Source: Burkholderiales bacterium
GTDB lineage: Bacteria; Pseudomonadota; Gammaproteobacteria; Burkholderiales; SG8-39
Assembly (NCBI GenBank): GCA_038206915.1
Contig: JBBRAI010000002.1
Span: forward strand, 5,510-69,509
DNA length: 64,000 bases
Direction: 5' to 3'
This document shows, piece after piece, positions 10,005 to 19,891 of the stretch. The position numbers and the translations under genes were made by a program. Every line of letters starts with the position of its first letter. Positions within the stretch are counted from its first letter, which is position 1. Under the pieces are notes generated by a model. It worked only from the letters and a program-made list of their open reading frames with translations. It did not search any database and was not told the DNA's origin.

Positions 10005-11079
10005 ATATCTGCGCCACGCGCACGTCGCGGTAGATGCGCTCCACCGGAAAATCGTTGACGTAGCCGTAGCCGCCGTGGATCTGTATCGCGTCGGAGCAGA
10101 CTTTCTCCGCCATTTCGGAAGCGAACAGCTTGGCCATCGACGCCTCCTTCAGGCAGGGCAGGCCGGCGTCGCGCAGCACCGCCGCGTGCAGCACCATTTG
10201 CCGCGCCACCTCGATCTGCGTTGCCATGTCGGCAAGGCGGAAATTCACCGCCTGGTGCTCGATGATCGGCTTGCCGAAACTCACGCGCTCGTGCGCGTAT
10301 TTCAGCGCCGCCTCGAACGCGGCGCGCGCCATGCCCACCGACTGGGCGGCGATGCCGATGCGCCCGCCCTCCAGGTTGGACAGCGCGATGCGATAGCCCA
10401 TGCCCTCCGGCCCGAGCAGGTTTTCCGCGGGCACGCGGCAGTTCTCGAATGTGATCTGCGCGGTGTCGGAGGCGTGCTGGCCGAGTTTTTCCTCGATGCG
10501 CGTGACCACGTACCCGGCGCTGTCGGTGGGCACGATGAACGCGCTGATGCCTTTCTTGCCCGCGGTCTTGTCCGTTACCGCAAACACCACGGCCAGCTGC
10601 GCGTTCTTGCCGCTGGTGATGAATTGCTTGACGCCGTTGAGCGCATATTCGTCGCCGACGCGCTCGGCGCGCGTCTTGATCGCAGCGGCGTCCGAGCCGA
10701 CGTGCGGCTCGGTCAGGCAGAAGCAGCCCAGCGTCTCGCCGCGCGCGAGCGGCTTGAGAAAGCGCTCCTTCTGCGCGTCGCTCGCATAGCCGTTGAGAAT
10801 GTTGCATACCAGGGCCTGCACGCTGGCGATGGTGGAGGTCGCGCCGTCGCCCGCCCCAATTTCCTCCAGCGCCACGGCGAGGGACACGTAGTCCATCCCC
10901 GCACCGCCCCATTGCTCGGGCACGGTCACGCCGAGCAGGCCCATCGCGGCCATTTCCTTCAGCTGCTCGCGCGGAAAAGTGCTGTCGCGGTCCCATTGCG
11001 GCGCGTTCGGCGCGAGGCGTTCGGCGGCGAAACTGCGCACCGAGTCGCGAATCATCTGTTGTTCCTGGTTGAGGATCAT
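9946..11079 (-). CDS. acyl-CoA dehydrogenase (short/branched-chain type)
   Basis: This is the C-terminal 377 aa of the artefactual 890-aa ORF 9946..12618, starting MILNQEQQMIRDSVRSFAAERL (ATG at 11077-11079). It has all ACAD domains through QIYEGASDIQRMVIGRAL. Confidence 0.9.
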   Translation of the reverse strand: MILNQEQQMIRDSVRSFAAERLAPNAPQWDRDSTFPREQLKEMAAMGLLGVTVPEQWGGAGMDYVSLAVALEEIGAGDGATSTIASVQALVCNILNGYASDAQKERFLKPLARGETLGCFCLTEPHVGSDAAAIKTRAERVGDEYALNGVKQFITSGKNAQLAVVFAVTDKTAGKKGISAFIVPTDSAGYVVTRIEEKLGQHASDTAQITFENCRVPAENLLGPEGMGYRIALSNLEGGRIGIAAQSVGMARAAFEAALKYAHERVSFGKPIIEHQAVNFRLADMATQIEVARQMVLHAAVLRDAGLPCLKEASMAKLFASEMAEKVCSDAIQIHGGYGYVNDFPVERIYRDVRVAQIYEGASDIQRMVIGRALAGG

Positions 11080-11105
11080 GTCAGTTCGCCGCCGCGCGAT
11101 GCTGC

Positions 11106-12287
11106 TCAGCAGAGCTCGAGCGCCATCGCGGTGGCTTCGCCGCCGCCTATGCACAGGCTGGCGACGCCGCGCTTGCCGCCGGACTTGCGCAGCGCGCCGA
11201 TCAGCGTCACCAGGATGCGCGCGCCGGAGGCGCCGATCGGGTGGCCCAGCGCGCAGGCGCCGCCGTGGATGTTGACCTTCTCGTGCGGCAGGCCGTGCTC
11301 CTTCATCGCCGCCATGGTCACGACTGCGAATGCCTCGTTGATTTCGAACAAATCCACTTTGCCTGTGTTCCAGCCGGTCTTGTCGTAGAGTTTCTGGATC
11401 GCGCCTACTGGTGCGGTGGTGAACCATCCGGGTTCCTGCGCATGGGTGCTGTGGCCGACCACGATCGCCAGCGGCGCGAGACCGAGCTTCTCCGCGGTCG
11501 AGCGGCGCATCATCACCAGCGCCGCGCCGCCGTCCGAAATCGAGCTCGAATTGGCCGCCGTGATGGTGCCGTCCTTTTTGAACGCGGGCTTGAGCGTAGG
11601 GATCTTGTCGAAATTGGCCTTGAACGGCGATTCGTCCATCTCCATGAAGCGCTCGTCCTTCCCGCCCTTGACCGCCATGGGCGTGATTTCCCAGGCAAAG
11701 GCGCCGCTCTTGTTGGCCGCCTGCGCGCGCTCGAGCGAGGTCACGGCGTATTTGTCCTGTTCGGCGCGGGTAAAGCTGTACTTGGCGGCGCAGTCCTCGG
11801 CGAAGCTGCCCATCAGCCGGCCTTTGTCGTAGGCGTCCTCGAGGCCGTCGTAGAACATGTGGTCGATAAGCTGGCCGTGGCCGAGGCGGTAGCCGCCGCG
11901 CGCTTTGGCGAGCAGATAGGGTGCGTTGGTCATGGATTCCATGCCGCCGGCGACCATGATGTCGTTGCTGCCCGCTGCGAGCAGGTCGCGCGCCAGCATC
12001 GCCGCCTTCATCCCGGAGCCGCACATCTTGTTGATGGTGGTGCAGCCCGTGGCGAGCGGCAGTCCGGCGCCGAGCGACGCCTGGCGCGCAGGCGCCTGGC
12101 CCTGGCCCGCCGGCAGCACGCAGCCCATGATGACTTCGTCGACCTGCTCGGGTTTGATCTTGGCGCGCTCCACCGCGGCGCGGATCGCGGCCGCGCCGAG
12201 TTCGGCGGCGGCGAATTGCTTCAGTTCCCCTTGAAACGCACCCATCGGAGTACGGGCTGCGGAGACAATTACGATCGGATCGTTCAT
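11106..12287 (-). CDS. acetyl-CoA C-acetyltransferase (thiolase II)
   Basis: The start MNDPIVIVSAARTPMGAFQG follows an AAGGAG RBS 6 nt upstream. Thiolase signatures are present: NKMCGSGMKA, NIHGGACALGHPIGASGARIL and CIGGGEATA. Confidence 0.9.
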   Translation of the reverse strand: MNDPIVIVSAARTPMGAFQGELKQFAAAELGAAAIRAAVERAKIKPEQVDEVIMGCVLPAGQGQAPARQASLGAGLPLATGCTTINKMCGSGMKAAMLARDLLAAGSNDIMVAGGMESMTNAPYLLAKARGGYRLGHGQLIDHMFYDGLEDAYDKGRLMGSFAEDCAAKYSFTRAEQDKYAVTSLERAQAANKSGAFAWEITPMAVKGGKDERFMEMDESPFKANFDKIPTLKPAFKKDGTITAANSSSISDGGAALVMMRRSTAEKLGLAPLAIVVGHSTHAQEPGWFTTAPVGAIQKLYDKTGWNTGKVDLFEINEAFAVVTMAAMKEHGLPHEKVNIHGGACALGHPIGASGARILVTLIGALRKSGGKRGVASLCIGGGEATAMALELC

Positions 12288-12349
12288 GGCAACTCCTTTC
12301 AAATTTCAGACATCGAATACGACTGGCGCAAATGCAGCCGGCTGCCGCC

Positions 12350-13528
12350 TTATTTGGTCTCGCCGAACAGTTCGCGTCCGATGAGCATCCTGCGGATTTC
12401 CGAGGTGCCGGCGCCGATTTCGTACAACTTCGCGTCGCGCCACAGGCGTCCGGTGGGTGTTTCGTTGATATAGCCCATCCCGCCCAGGGCCTGGATCGCC
12501 TCGCCCGCCATCCAGGTGGCCTTTTCCGCGGCGTAGAGAATCGCGCCGGCGGCGTCCTTGCGCGCGCCGGCGCCCGCGAGCTTGCCGCGGTCCAGCGCCT
12601 TGCCCACGGCGTATACATAGGCGCGGCAGGCGTTCATGGTGGTGTACATGTCGGCGAGCTTGCCCTGCATCAGCTGGAACTCGCCGATCGGCTGGCCGAA
12701 CTGCTTGCGCTCGTGCACATAGGGAATGACCACGTCCATGCAGGCGGCCATGATCCCGAGCGGCCCGCCGGAAAGTACGGCGCGCTCGTAATCGAGGCCG
12801 CTCATGAGCACATTCACGCCGCGGCCCATGCCGCCGAGAATATTGTCTTCCGGTACCTCGCAGTCGCGGAACACCAGTTCGCAGGTGTTGGAGCCGCGCA
12901 TGCCGAGTTTGTCCAGTTTTTGCGCGGTGGAAAAACCCGGGAAATCCTTTTCGATGAGGAAGGCGGTAATACCGCGCGGCCCGGCCGCGCCGTCGGTCTT
13001 GGCATAGACCACCAGAACATCGGCATCCGGGCCGTTGGTGATCCACATCTTGTTGCCGTTGAGGATGAACTTGCCGTTGTTGAATTCGGCCTTCAGGCGC
13101 ATGCTCACGACATCCGAGCCGGCGCCCGGCTCGGACATCGCCAGCGCGCCTACGTGCTCGCCGGAAATGAGTTTGGGCAGGTACTTGCGGCGCTGCGCTT
13201 CAGTGCCGTTGCGGCGGATCTGGTTCACGCACAGATTGGAGTGGGCGCCATAGGACAGACCGACCGAAGCCGAGGCGCGGCTGATCTCCTCCATCGCGAC
13301 GATGTGGGCCAGATAGCCCATGTTGGTGCCGCCGTTTTCTTCGTCCACGGTGATGCCGAGCAGGCCGAGTGCGCCGAATTTGCGCCACAGGTCGGCGGGG
13401 AATTCGTTGGCACGGTCGATGTCCGCCGCGCGCGGCGCGATCTCGCTGGCGGCGAAGGCGCGCACCGTGTCGCGCAGCATGTCGGTGTCTTCGCCGAGGT
13501 CGAAGGGCAGGGAGGGAAAGTCGATCAT
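12350..13528 (-). CDS. liuA: isovaleryl-CoA dehydrogenase
   Basis: The 392-aa ORF reads ...[47 protein letters not shown]...[20 protein letters not shown]. It sits directly downstream of a MerR/LiuR-type regulator. Confidence 0.9.
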   Translation of the reverse strand: MIDFPSLPFDLGEDTDMLRDTVRAFAASEIAPRAADIDRANEFPADLWRKFGALGLLGITVDEENGGTNMGYLAHIVAMEEISRASASVGLSYGAHSNLCVNQIRRNGTEAQRRKYLPKLISGEHVGALAMSEPGAGSDVVSMRLKAEFNNGKFILNGNKMWITNGPDADVLVVYAKTDGAAGPRGITAFLIEKDFPGFSTAQKLDKLGMRGSNTCELVFRDCEVPEDNILGGMGRGVNVLMSGLDYERAVLSGGPLGIMAACMDVVIPYVHERKQFGQPIGEFQLMQGKLADMYTTMNACRAYVYAVGKALDRGKLAGAGARKDAAGAILYAAEKATWMAGEAIQALGGMGYINETPTGRLWRDAKLYEIGAGTSEIRRMLIGRELFGETK

Positions 13529-13583
13529 GAGTGCTGGTCCAGTGTCGAAAACTGCGCGCCTTCCGCAGCCGAGTTGAAAACTG

Positions 13584-13600
13584 TACGTGCCGTCTACGTA
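13584..13600. promoter_or_regulatory. candidate LiuR (MerR-type) operator inside a 19-bp-spacer promoter for liuA
   Basis: On the minus strand the sequence is TTGATG-tttACGTAgacggcACGTa-CAGTTT. The inverted repeat TACGT-N7-ACGTA sits in a 19-nt -35/-10 spacer, the hallmark geometry of MerR-family promoters. Confidence 0.4.
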
Positions 13601-13619
13601 AACATCAACTCCGCCTGCT

Positions 13620-14051
13620 TCAGGCGGCGGCTTTGCCCGTCTTGGCGCGGGCTTTGCCTCTGCTGGCGAGGAGCTTGCGGCTCTGCGCCTCGAATACCGC
13701 GATTTCGCCTAGCATCTCGTCGATGTCGGCGCGCTGGCGCTCCAGCTGCTCGCGCCGCTCGGACAGCGCGGCAAGAAATTGTTCGAGCTGCGGCTTTTCG
13801 TCCCGCGCCGAATCGTAAAGATCGAACATCGCCGCCACTTCCGACAGGGACAAGCCCAGGCGCTTGCCGCGCAGGATCAGCTTCAGCCGCACATAGTCGC
13901 GTTTGGCGTAGATGCGTCGGCTGCCCGAGCGTTGCGGCGAGAGCAGTCCCTGGTCTTCGTAGAAGCGGATCGCGCGCGGCGTGACGTCGAATTCGCGCGC
14001 GAGTTCGCTGATGCTGTAGGTTTCCTCGCGGGGGTTGGGGGCAGTGCTCAT
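13620..14051 (-). CDS. liuR: MerR family transcriptional regulator (LiuR-like)
   Basis: ORF 13620..14084 trimmed to [37 protein letters not shown] (MerR HTH). It lies upstream of liuA. Confidence 0.8.
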   Translation of the reverse strand: MSTAPNPREETYSISELAREFDVTPRAIRFYEDQGLLSPQRSGSRRIYAKRDYVRLKLILRGKRLGLSLSEVAAMFDLYDSARDEKPQLEQFLAALSERREQLERQRADIDEMLGEIAVFEAQSRKLLASRGKARAKTGKAAA

Positions 14052-14078
14052 ATTGCGCAGCAACATAAATGGCAGGGA

Positions 14079-14094
14079 TCGCAAATATTTGCGA
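14079..14094. promoter_or_regulatory. perfect 16-bp palindrome TCGCAAATATTTGCGA in the liuR/phaC divergent intergenic region
   Basis: Read directly from the sequence. It lies about 28 nt upstream of the liuR ATG and about 300 nt upstream of phaC. Confidence 0.4.
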
Positions 14095-14393
14095 AAATTG
14101 GTCCTTTCGGCACCCGGTCAGACAGGCCCTGCGTGCATTCTAGCCCAAGCCCGAGTTCGACACGCACCAGCTGTTTTTTGCCATGGGCGAGGCGATGGCG
14201 CATCTGCATTGCCTGTATTATCGGGGTACGCTGACGCGCCAGACCGGCGCCGATGGCGTGATCCGCTACTTGCGCCAAACTGCAAATCCGGGCGCGCCCG
14301 TGGCAAAATGAATCGTGCTGCGCAGATGCTCCACGGCTTCAAGTGCGCGCGGGCACGGTCCGGTTAAATCCAGAGGTCCATGGGAGTCGAAAC

Positions 14394-16229
14394 ATGAGTA
14401 AAGAGCAAGCCAAGCCTGCCGCCGAAGTCGATTCGGCCCAAGTATTTGCCCAAGTGGCCGAACGCTCCAGCCGCGTCATGGCGGATTTCTTCAAGCGCCA
14501 GACCGAAACCAAGCAGTCGCCCGTCTCCGACGAGTTCGGCATCGCCAAGGCATTCATGGACCTTTCGGCGCTGATGTTCGCGCAGCCGAAGCAGATGGCC
14601 GAGGCGCAGATGAACATGTTCTGGGACTACACGCGCCTGTTGCAAAACAGCTGGATGCAGATGCTGGGGCAGAAGGTCGAACCCGTCGCAAGCCCGCGCA
14701 AGGGCGACAACCGCTTCCGCCACGGGGACTGGGAAAATCATTTTCTGTTCGATTACCTCAAGCAGTCCTACCTGATCGCGGCGCGGCACATCCACGACGC
14801 GGTGTCGAACGTCGAGAATCTGCCCGACGACGAACGCAAGAAGGTGGATTTTTTCACGCGCCAGTATATCGACGCCCTGTCGCCGTCGAATTTCGCGCTG
14901 ACCAACCCGGAAGTCGTGCGCGAAACGCTGGCTTCGGGCGGGGACAACCTGCTGCGCGGCCTGAACAATCTGCTTGGCGACATCGAGCGCGGCGATGGCC
15001 AGCTGCAGATCAGCATGACCGACCCCAAGGCGTTCAAGATGGGGCAGAACATCGCCACCACGCCGGGCAAGGTGGTTTTCCAGAACGATTTGATGCAGCT
15101 GATCCAGTACCAGCCGAGCACCAAAAACGTCTACAAGCGGCCGCTGCTGATCATCCCGCCCTGGATCAACAAATACTACATCCTCGACTTGCGCGAATCG
15201 AACTCCTTCATCAAGTGGGCGGTCGACCAGGGTCACACGGTGTTCGTGATCTCCTGGGTCAACCCGGGAAAGGAATACGCGGGCAAGAGCTTCGAGGACT
15301 ATCTGCACCAGGGGCCGTACGATGCGCTCGATGCGATCGCGAAGGCGACCGGCGAGAAGCAGGCGAACGTGATCGGCTACTGCCTCGGCGGCACCCTGCT
15401 CGGCGCGGCGCTGGGCGCAATGGCGGCAAAAAAGGACAAGCGCGTCGCCAGCGCGACCTTTTTCGTATCACTGCTGGACTTTTCTATTCCGGGCGAACTC
15501 GGCGTGTTCATCGACGAGAAGCAGGTGGAAAACCTGGAACGGCGCATGAACGAGCGCGGTTACCTTGAAGGCTCGGAGATGGCCGGCACCTTCAACATGC
15601 TGCGCTCGAACGACCTCATCTGGTCGTTCGTGGTGAACAATTACCTGATGGGCAAGGATCCGTTCCCGTTCGATCTGCTCTACTGGAATTCGGATTCGAC
15701 GCGCATGCCGGCCAAAATGCACAGCTTCTACCTGCGCAACATGTACCTCGGCAACAAGCTCAAGGACCCGGGCGGGATCAGCATGGACGGGATTCCCATC
15801 GATATCAGCAAGATCAAGATTCCGGCCTATTTCATTTCCACCGCCGAAGACCACATCGCGCCGTGGAAATCGGTGTACAAGGGCGCGCGTGTGCTGTCGG
15901 GGCCGGTGCGCTTCGTGCTCGGAGGTTCAGGCCACATCGCCGGCATAGTCAATCCGCCTGCGGCGAAAAAATATTGTTACTGGACCAACAAGGCTACTCC
16001 CGCCGAAGCTGAGGATTGGCTGGGATCGGCGACGCGCCACGAAGGCTCGTGGTGGGGCGACTGGCAGGCCTGGATCGACGCGAACAACGACGGCGCCAAG
16101 GTCAGGGCGCGCGTGCCCGGGGACGGCGCACTGCCGGTAATCGAAGCCGCTCCCGGCAGCTACGTCAGCCTGCGCCTGGGTGAAGCGAAAGCCGGTCCAA
16201 AACCGCGGGTGCGCAAAACGCAGCAATAG
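14394..16229 (+). CDS. phaC: class I poly(R)-hydroxyalkanoate synthase
   Basis: ORF 14343..16229 trimmed to MSKEQAKPAAE (GGGAG RBS). It has the PhaC N-terminal domain, the lipase box GYCLGG and the conserved WNSDSTRMP motif. Confidence 0.9.
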   Translation: MSKEQAKPAAEVDSAQVFAQVAERSSRVMADFFKRQTETKQSPVSDEFGIAKAFMDLSALMFAQPKQMAEAQMNMFWDYTRLLQNSWMQMLGQKVEPVASPRKGDNRFRHGDWENHFLFDYLKQSYLIAARHIHDAVSNVENLPDDERKKVDFFTRQYIDALSPSNFALTNPEVVRETLASGGDNLLRGLNNLLGDIERGDGQLQISMTDPKAFKMGQNIATTPGKVVFQNDLMQLIQYQPSTKNVYKRPLLIIPPWINKYYILDLRESNSFIKWAVDQGHTVFVISWVNPGKEYAGKSFEDYLHQGPYDALDAIAKATGEKQANVIGYCLGGTLLGAALGAMAAKKDKRVASATFFVSLLDFSIPGELGVFIDEKQVENLERRMNERGYLEGSEMAGTFNMLRSNDLIWSFVVNNYLMGKDPFPFDLLYWNSDSTRMPAKMHSFYLRNMYLGNKLKDPGGISMDGIPIDISKIKIPAYFISTAEDHIAPWKSVYKGARVLSGPVRFVLGGSGHIAGIVNPPAAKKYCYWTNKATPAEAEDWLGSATRHEGSWWGDWQAWIDANNDGAKVRARVPGDGALPVIEAAPGSYVSLRLGEAKAGPKPRVRKTQQ

Positions 16230-16623
16230 CCGGACCGGCCAGGTGCGGCTGAACGAGTCGGGAGGGACGGATGCTTCGCCGCCGCCGCCGCGCCCCGGCG
16301 CGAAAACCGCAATAGTTGCGCCGATCCCGATATCGCCATATACTATTGCGCAATACCAAAGAAACATAATAAAAAACATAAGCTTGAGTTCCGCGCGGGA
16401 ACCTTTTCCCGGAAAGACAAACCTAAGCTTCAGTATTCGCGTCATGCGGCGGCGCCGGGCTGAAGGATTTACAGTGGTATTCTGCGGCAAGCGGTAACGC
16501 GGTTTTCGGCGCTGCGTCGATGCAGCATGGCGCGTAAAGAGCGTGGGATCAGGAACGGCAGCGGGCAGGTATCCGTGGCCTTCGTGAATTGAAGCGCCAA
16601 TTCAAACTAAAAGGAGGAATATC

Positions 16624-17877
16624 ATGCGACAGCATTTCCAACGTAGTGCTTTGGCTCGCGCGCTGATGCTGGGCGCGGTAATTGGCGTCGGCGCGCTTGC
16701 GGGTGCACCTTCCATCGCTAATGCGGAGGATACGATCACGCTGGGTTCCGCGATTTCGATTACCGGCAAATACTCGCAGGAGGGCAAGAACGCGAGCGAC
16801 GGTTACAACTTCGCGGTCAAGCGCATCAACGAGAAAGGCGGGGTGAAGATCGGCGGCAAGACTTACAAGCTCGCGGTCAAATATTACGACGACGAGTCGA
16901 CCCCGGCGCGTACAGCGCAGTTGCTGGAGCGCATCATCAGCCAGGACGGGATCAAGTACATTCTTGGCCCCTACGGCTCCGGCCCCACCAAGGCCGCCGC
17001 GCCGGTAACCGAGAAATACAAGATTCCGATGGTCGAATCCGAGGGCGCGTCGCGTTCGCTGTTCACACAGGGCTATCGCTACATGTTCGCCGCGCTGTCG
17101 ACTTCGGAACAATACCTTTCGCCGGTGATCGATCTCGCGGCCGAACTTGCGCAGAAAGCCGGCAAGAACCCGGCGGACCTGAAAATCGGGATGGCGTTCG
17201 AGAACGACCCGTTCTCGCTTGACGTACGCCAGGGCGTAGTCGACGAGGCGAAGAAGCACGGCATGAAGATCGTCGTCGACGACAAGATGCCGCGCGACCT
17301 TAGCGATATCTCCGCGACGCTGACCAAGATCAAGGCGCTCAGGCCCGACATCCTGCTGTTCTCAGGCCACACCAAGGGCGCGACGACCGCCACCCGGCAG
17401 ATGAAGGAATTGGGCGTCAATGCGTCGATCGTAGCCATGACGCACTGTGAGTCGGCCAAATTGAGCACCGCGTTTCCTGCCGCCTCCGAGGGCATTCTGT
17501 GCCCGACGCAATGGGCTGAAACCCTCAAGTACAAGGACGACGTATTCGGCACGGCCATGGATTACAACAAGGCTTTCCTGGCAGCGCACCCCGATTACAA
17601 GAACGTTCCCTACCAGGTTGCGCAGGGCTCGGCGGCGGTCGAGATCTGGGCCAACGCGTTCGAACGCGCGCAGAGCCTGGACCCCGAGAAGCTGCGCGAC
17701 GCACTCGCCGCGACGGACTTCCAGACCTTCTACGGCAACATCAAGTTCAGCGCGGAGGGCAACAACATCGCCAAGCCGATGGTGCTGCGCCAGATTCAGG
17801 GTGACAAGTACATCGTGGTAGCTCCGACCAAGTATGCCTCCGAACCGGTGGTGTACCCGCGCAAAGAACCGCAGTAA
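16624..17877 (+). CDS. ABC transporter substrate-binding protein (Leu/Ile/Val-binding family)
   Basis: The 417-aa ORF follows an AAAGGAGG RBS and has a signal peptide ending ANA. It is followed by LivHMGF-type genes. Confidence 0.85.
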   Translation: MRQHFQRSALARALMLGAVIGVGALAGAPSIANAEDTITLGSAISITGKYSQEGKNASDGYNFAVKRINEKGGVKIGGKTYKLAVKYYDDESTPARTAQLLERIISQDGIKYILGPYGSGPTKAAAPVTEKYKIPMVESEGASRSLFTQGYRYMFAALSTSEQYLSPVIDLAAELAQKAGKNPADLKIGMAFENDPFSLDVRQGVVDEAKKHGMKIVVDDKMPRDLSDISATLTKIKALRPDILLFSGHTKGATTATRQMKELGVNASIVAMTHCESAKLSTAFPAASEGILCPTQWAETLKYKDDVFGTAMDYNKAFLAAHPDYKNVPYQVAQGSAAVEIWANAFERAQSLDPEKLRDALAATDFQTFYGNIKFSAEGNNIAKPMVLRQIQGDKYIVVAPTKYASEPVVYPRKEPQ

Positions 17878-17939
17878 AATCCCTTAGTTGATACGTCGCA
17901 TAGGCGCGCCGGCCTTTACGGGCCGGCGCGGTCGCGTAC

Positions 17940-18842
17940 ATGTGGGACAATTTTCTGATCCTGGTCAACGCGCCGGTATTCAACATTCAGCTGTTGCTGA
18001 ACGGATTGAGCATAGGCGCGGTGTTCGCACTCGCCGCCTACGGCCTCGCGCTGGTATGGGGCGTGACCAGCGTGAAGAATCTGGCCCAGGGCGATTTCGT
18101 CATGATGGGCGGCTATCTCGGCTATGAACTGTCGCGCCACGGCATCCACCCGATGGTTGCGCTCGTGCCGGTCGCCGTCCTGATGTTCGGTTACGGCTGG
18201 ATCATCTACAAGCTGATCATCCGCCGCGTGATCCAGCTCGACTTGTTCACCTCGCTGCTCGCCACCTTCGGTCTGGCGATTACGATGCAGCAGGTGCTCA
18301 ACCTCGTGTTCGGACCCGACGTGCGTACGCTCAAGTCCGGATACGGGCGCTTCGAGATGTTCGACGGGATGGTCGATATCACGCAAATCCGCGTCATCGC
18401 GTTCGGTATGTGCCTCGCGCTCGCGGTGGCGATGGTGCTGTTCCTGAAGAAAAGCCGCATCGGGCAGGCGATTCGCGCGACTGCGCAGGATCCGCGTGCC
18501 GCGCGCGTGCTTGGCGTGAATACCGACATGGTCTACGCGCTCACCTTTTCGATTAACTCGGCGATTTGCGGGGTTGCCGGCGTCATCATCGCGATGATCT
18601 GGGTGATCCAGCCGTTCTACGGTATCGCCTATTCCGTGCGCGCCTTCGTCATCGTGACTGCCGCCGGCCTCGGGAATTTTCCGGCGGTGATCCTGACCTC
18701 GCTGGGCCTCGGCGTGATCGAACAGTACAGCGGGTTCATCCTCGGCGCCCAGTTCCAGCAGGCGACCGTCGTCGGCCTGCTGCTTGCCATCCTGATCTGG
18801 CGCCAGATGCGCTTGCACCGCCAGCGCATGGTGTTGCAATGA
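17940..18842 (+). CDS. branched-chain amino acid ABC transporter permease (LivH-like)
   Basis: The 300-aa protein is multi-span. It shares an ATGA overlap with the next gene. Confidence 0.85.
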   Translation: MWDNFLILVNAPVFNIQLLLNGLSIGAVFALAAYGLALVWGVTSVKNLAQGDFVMMGGYLGYELSRHGIHPMVALVPVAVLMFGYGWIIYKLIIRRVIQLDLFTSLLATFGLAITMQQVLNLVFGPDVRTLKSGYGRFEMFDGMVDITQIRVIAFGMCLALAVAMVLFLKKSRIGQAIRATAQDPRAARVLGVNTDMVYALTFSINSAICGVAGVIIAMIWVIQPFYGIAYSVRAFVIVTAAGLGNFPAVILTSLGLGVIEQYSGFILGAQFQQATVVGLLLAILIWRQMRLHRQRMVLQ

Positions 18843-19891
18843 CCCGGCGCTCGCTTGCGCTGCATCTCGTGTTGCTTGCAGCGGGTATTGCCGCACCGTT
18901 CTTGTTCCCGGGGCATACGGTGCAATTTGCGGTGTTCTGGATCTTCGTGCTGTTCGCGCAAACCTGGGACATCATGGGCGGCCAGATGGGCTACAACTCG
19001 CTCGGCAACATCGTGTTTTTCGGACTGGGCATGTACATCTGCGCCGTGGTGCAGATCGCTTTGGTGTACAACGTGGGTGAGTACACGGCGTCGTTCGGTG
19101 CGATCAAGATCGACTTCACCGACCGGCAATACTACACCGGCCTTGCGCTGGGGGTCGCGCTCGCGGCGATCGGGCCGGTCATCGTGGCCGCGATTCTGAG
19201 CTGGATACTTTTCGGCCTGCGCGGACCCTATTTCGCGATCGGCACGCTCGGCGTCGCGATCGCGGCGGCCGAGCTTACCAGCGCATGGACATGGGTAGGC
19301 GGTGGCGGCGGTATCGCGATGCCGGTATTTCCCGGCGGTCCCGGGATGCGCGAGCGCTTCTTCTATGGCGCATGCATGCTGGCCACAGTCCTTTGTTACC
19401 TCTTCCTGCGCTGGCTTTACAGCACCCGCTTCTGCCTGGCGATCAACGCGATCCGCGACGACGAGGAGAAGGCCGAAGCGCTCGGACTGCACACTGGCCG
19501 CTACAAGATGGTCGCATGGTCGGTGTCGGCGTTCTTCCTCGGAATAGCCGGTGCGCTGTTCGGCAACATGACTGGATTCGTCGAACCGCTGGAAACCGCC
19601 TACCCGACGCTTACTTTCGGCATTTTCATGATTGCAATGGCCTTGCTCGGGGGCAAAGGGACGCTGTGGGGACCGATAGTCGGCGCGACGCTGTTCTATG
19701 TCCTGCGCGAGTTGACCTGGACCTATCTGCTGGGCTGGCAGTACATCGCGCTGGGCGTGCTGATCATCGTCAACGTGGTCTACTTCCAGCAAGGAATCCT
19801 GGGATGGCTGCGGGACCGCAAGCCCGAGTGGTTCGGCGTGCACGTCGATACGTCCGCCAGGGCGCCAACCAAGGCCGGGCGCAGCCCATGA
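18839..19891 (+). CDS. branched-chain amino acid ABC transporter permease (LivM-like)
   Basis: This is the MTRRSLALHLVLLAAG... portion of ORF 18566..19891. There are ATGA overlaps at both ends. Confidence 0.85.
   Translation: MTRRSLALHLVLLAAGIAAPFLFPGHTVQFAVFWIFVLFAQTWDIMGGQMGYNSLGNIVFFGLGMYICAVVQIALVYNVGEYTASFGAIKIDFTDRQYYTGLALGVALAAIGPVIVAAILSWILFGLRGPYFAIGTLGVAIAAAELTSAWTWVGGGGGIAMPVFPGGPGMRERFFYGACMLATVLCYLFLRWLYSTRFCLAINAIRDDEEKAEALGLHTGRYKMVAWSVSAFFLGIAGALFGNMTGFVEPLETAYPTLTFGIFMIAMALLGGKGTLWGPIVGATLFYVLRELTWTYLLGWQYIALGVLIIVNVVYFQQGILGWLRDRKPEWFGVHVDTSARAPTKAGRSP

Noticed and set aside
9946-12618. An 890-aa ORF on the minus strand spans the ACAD, thiolase and part of liuA.
   Set aside because: Only the C-terminal 377 aa (from MILNQEQQ, 9946-11079) look like a protein. 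The upstream part is Arg/Pro/Gly-rich, low-complexity read-through in an alternative frame of the clearly coding thiolase and liuA genes. This is a typical high-GC artefact.
12332-13984. A 550-aa plus-strand ORF lies antisense to liuA and liuR. Similar long antisense ORFs occur at 1371-2540, 9928-11388, 25167-26819, 27001-28053, 41295-42359, 49626-50543 and 52740-53648.
   Set aside because: All are shadow ORFs opposite strongly recognisable genes. Their translations are dominated by Arg/Ala/Gly/His runs with no family resemblance.
16230-16623. A small ORF or phasin-like gene, or a terminator (gttcc-gcgcg-ggaac), in the AT-richer phaC-SBP intergenic region.
   Set aside because: The only ORF (15927-16490, minus strand) overlaps the phaC 3' end and is low-complexity. 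The hairpin stem is just 5 bp with a weak T-tract.
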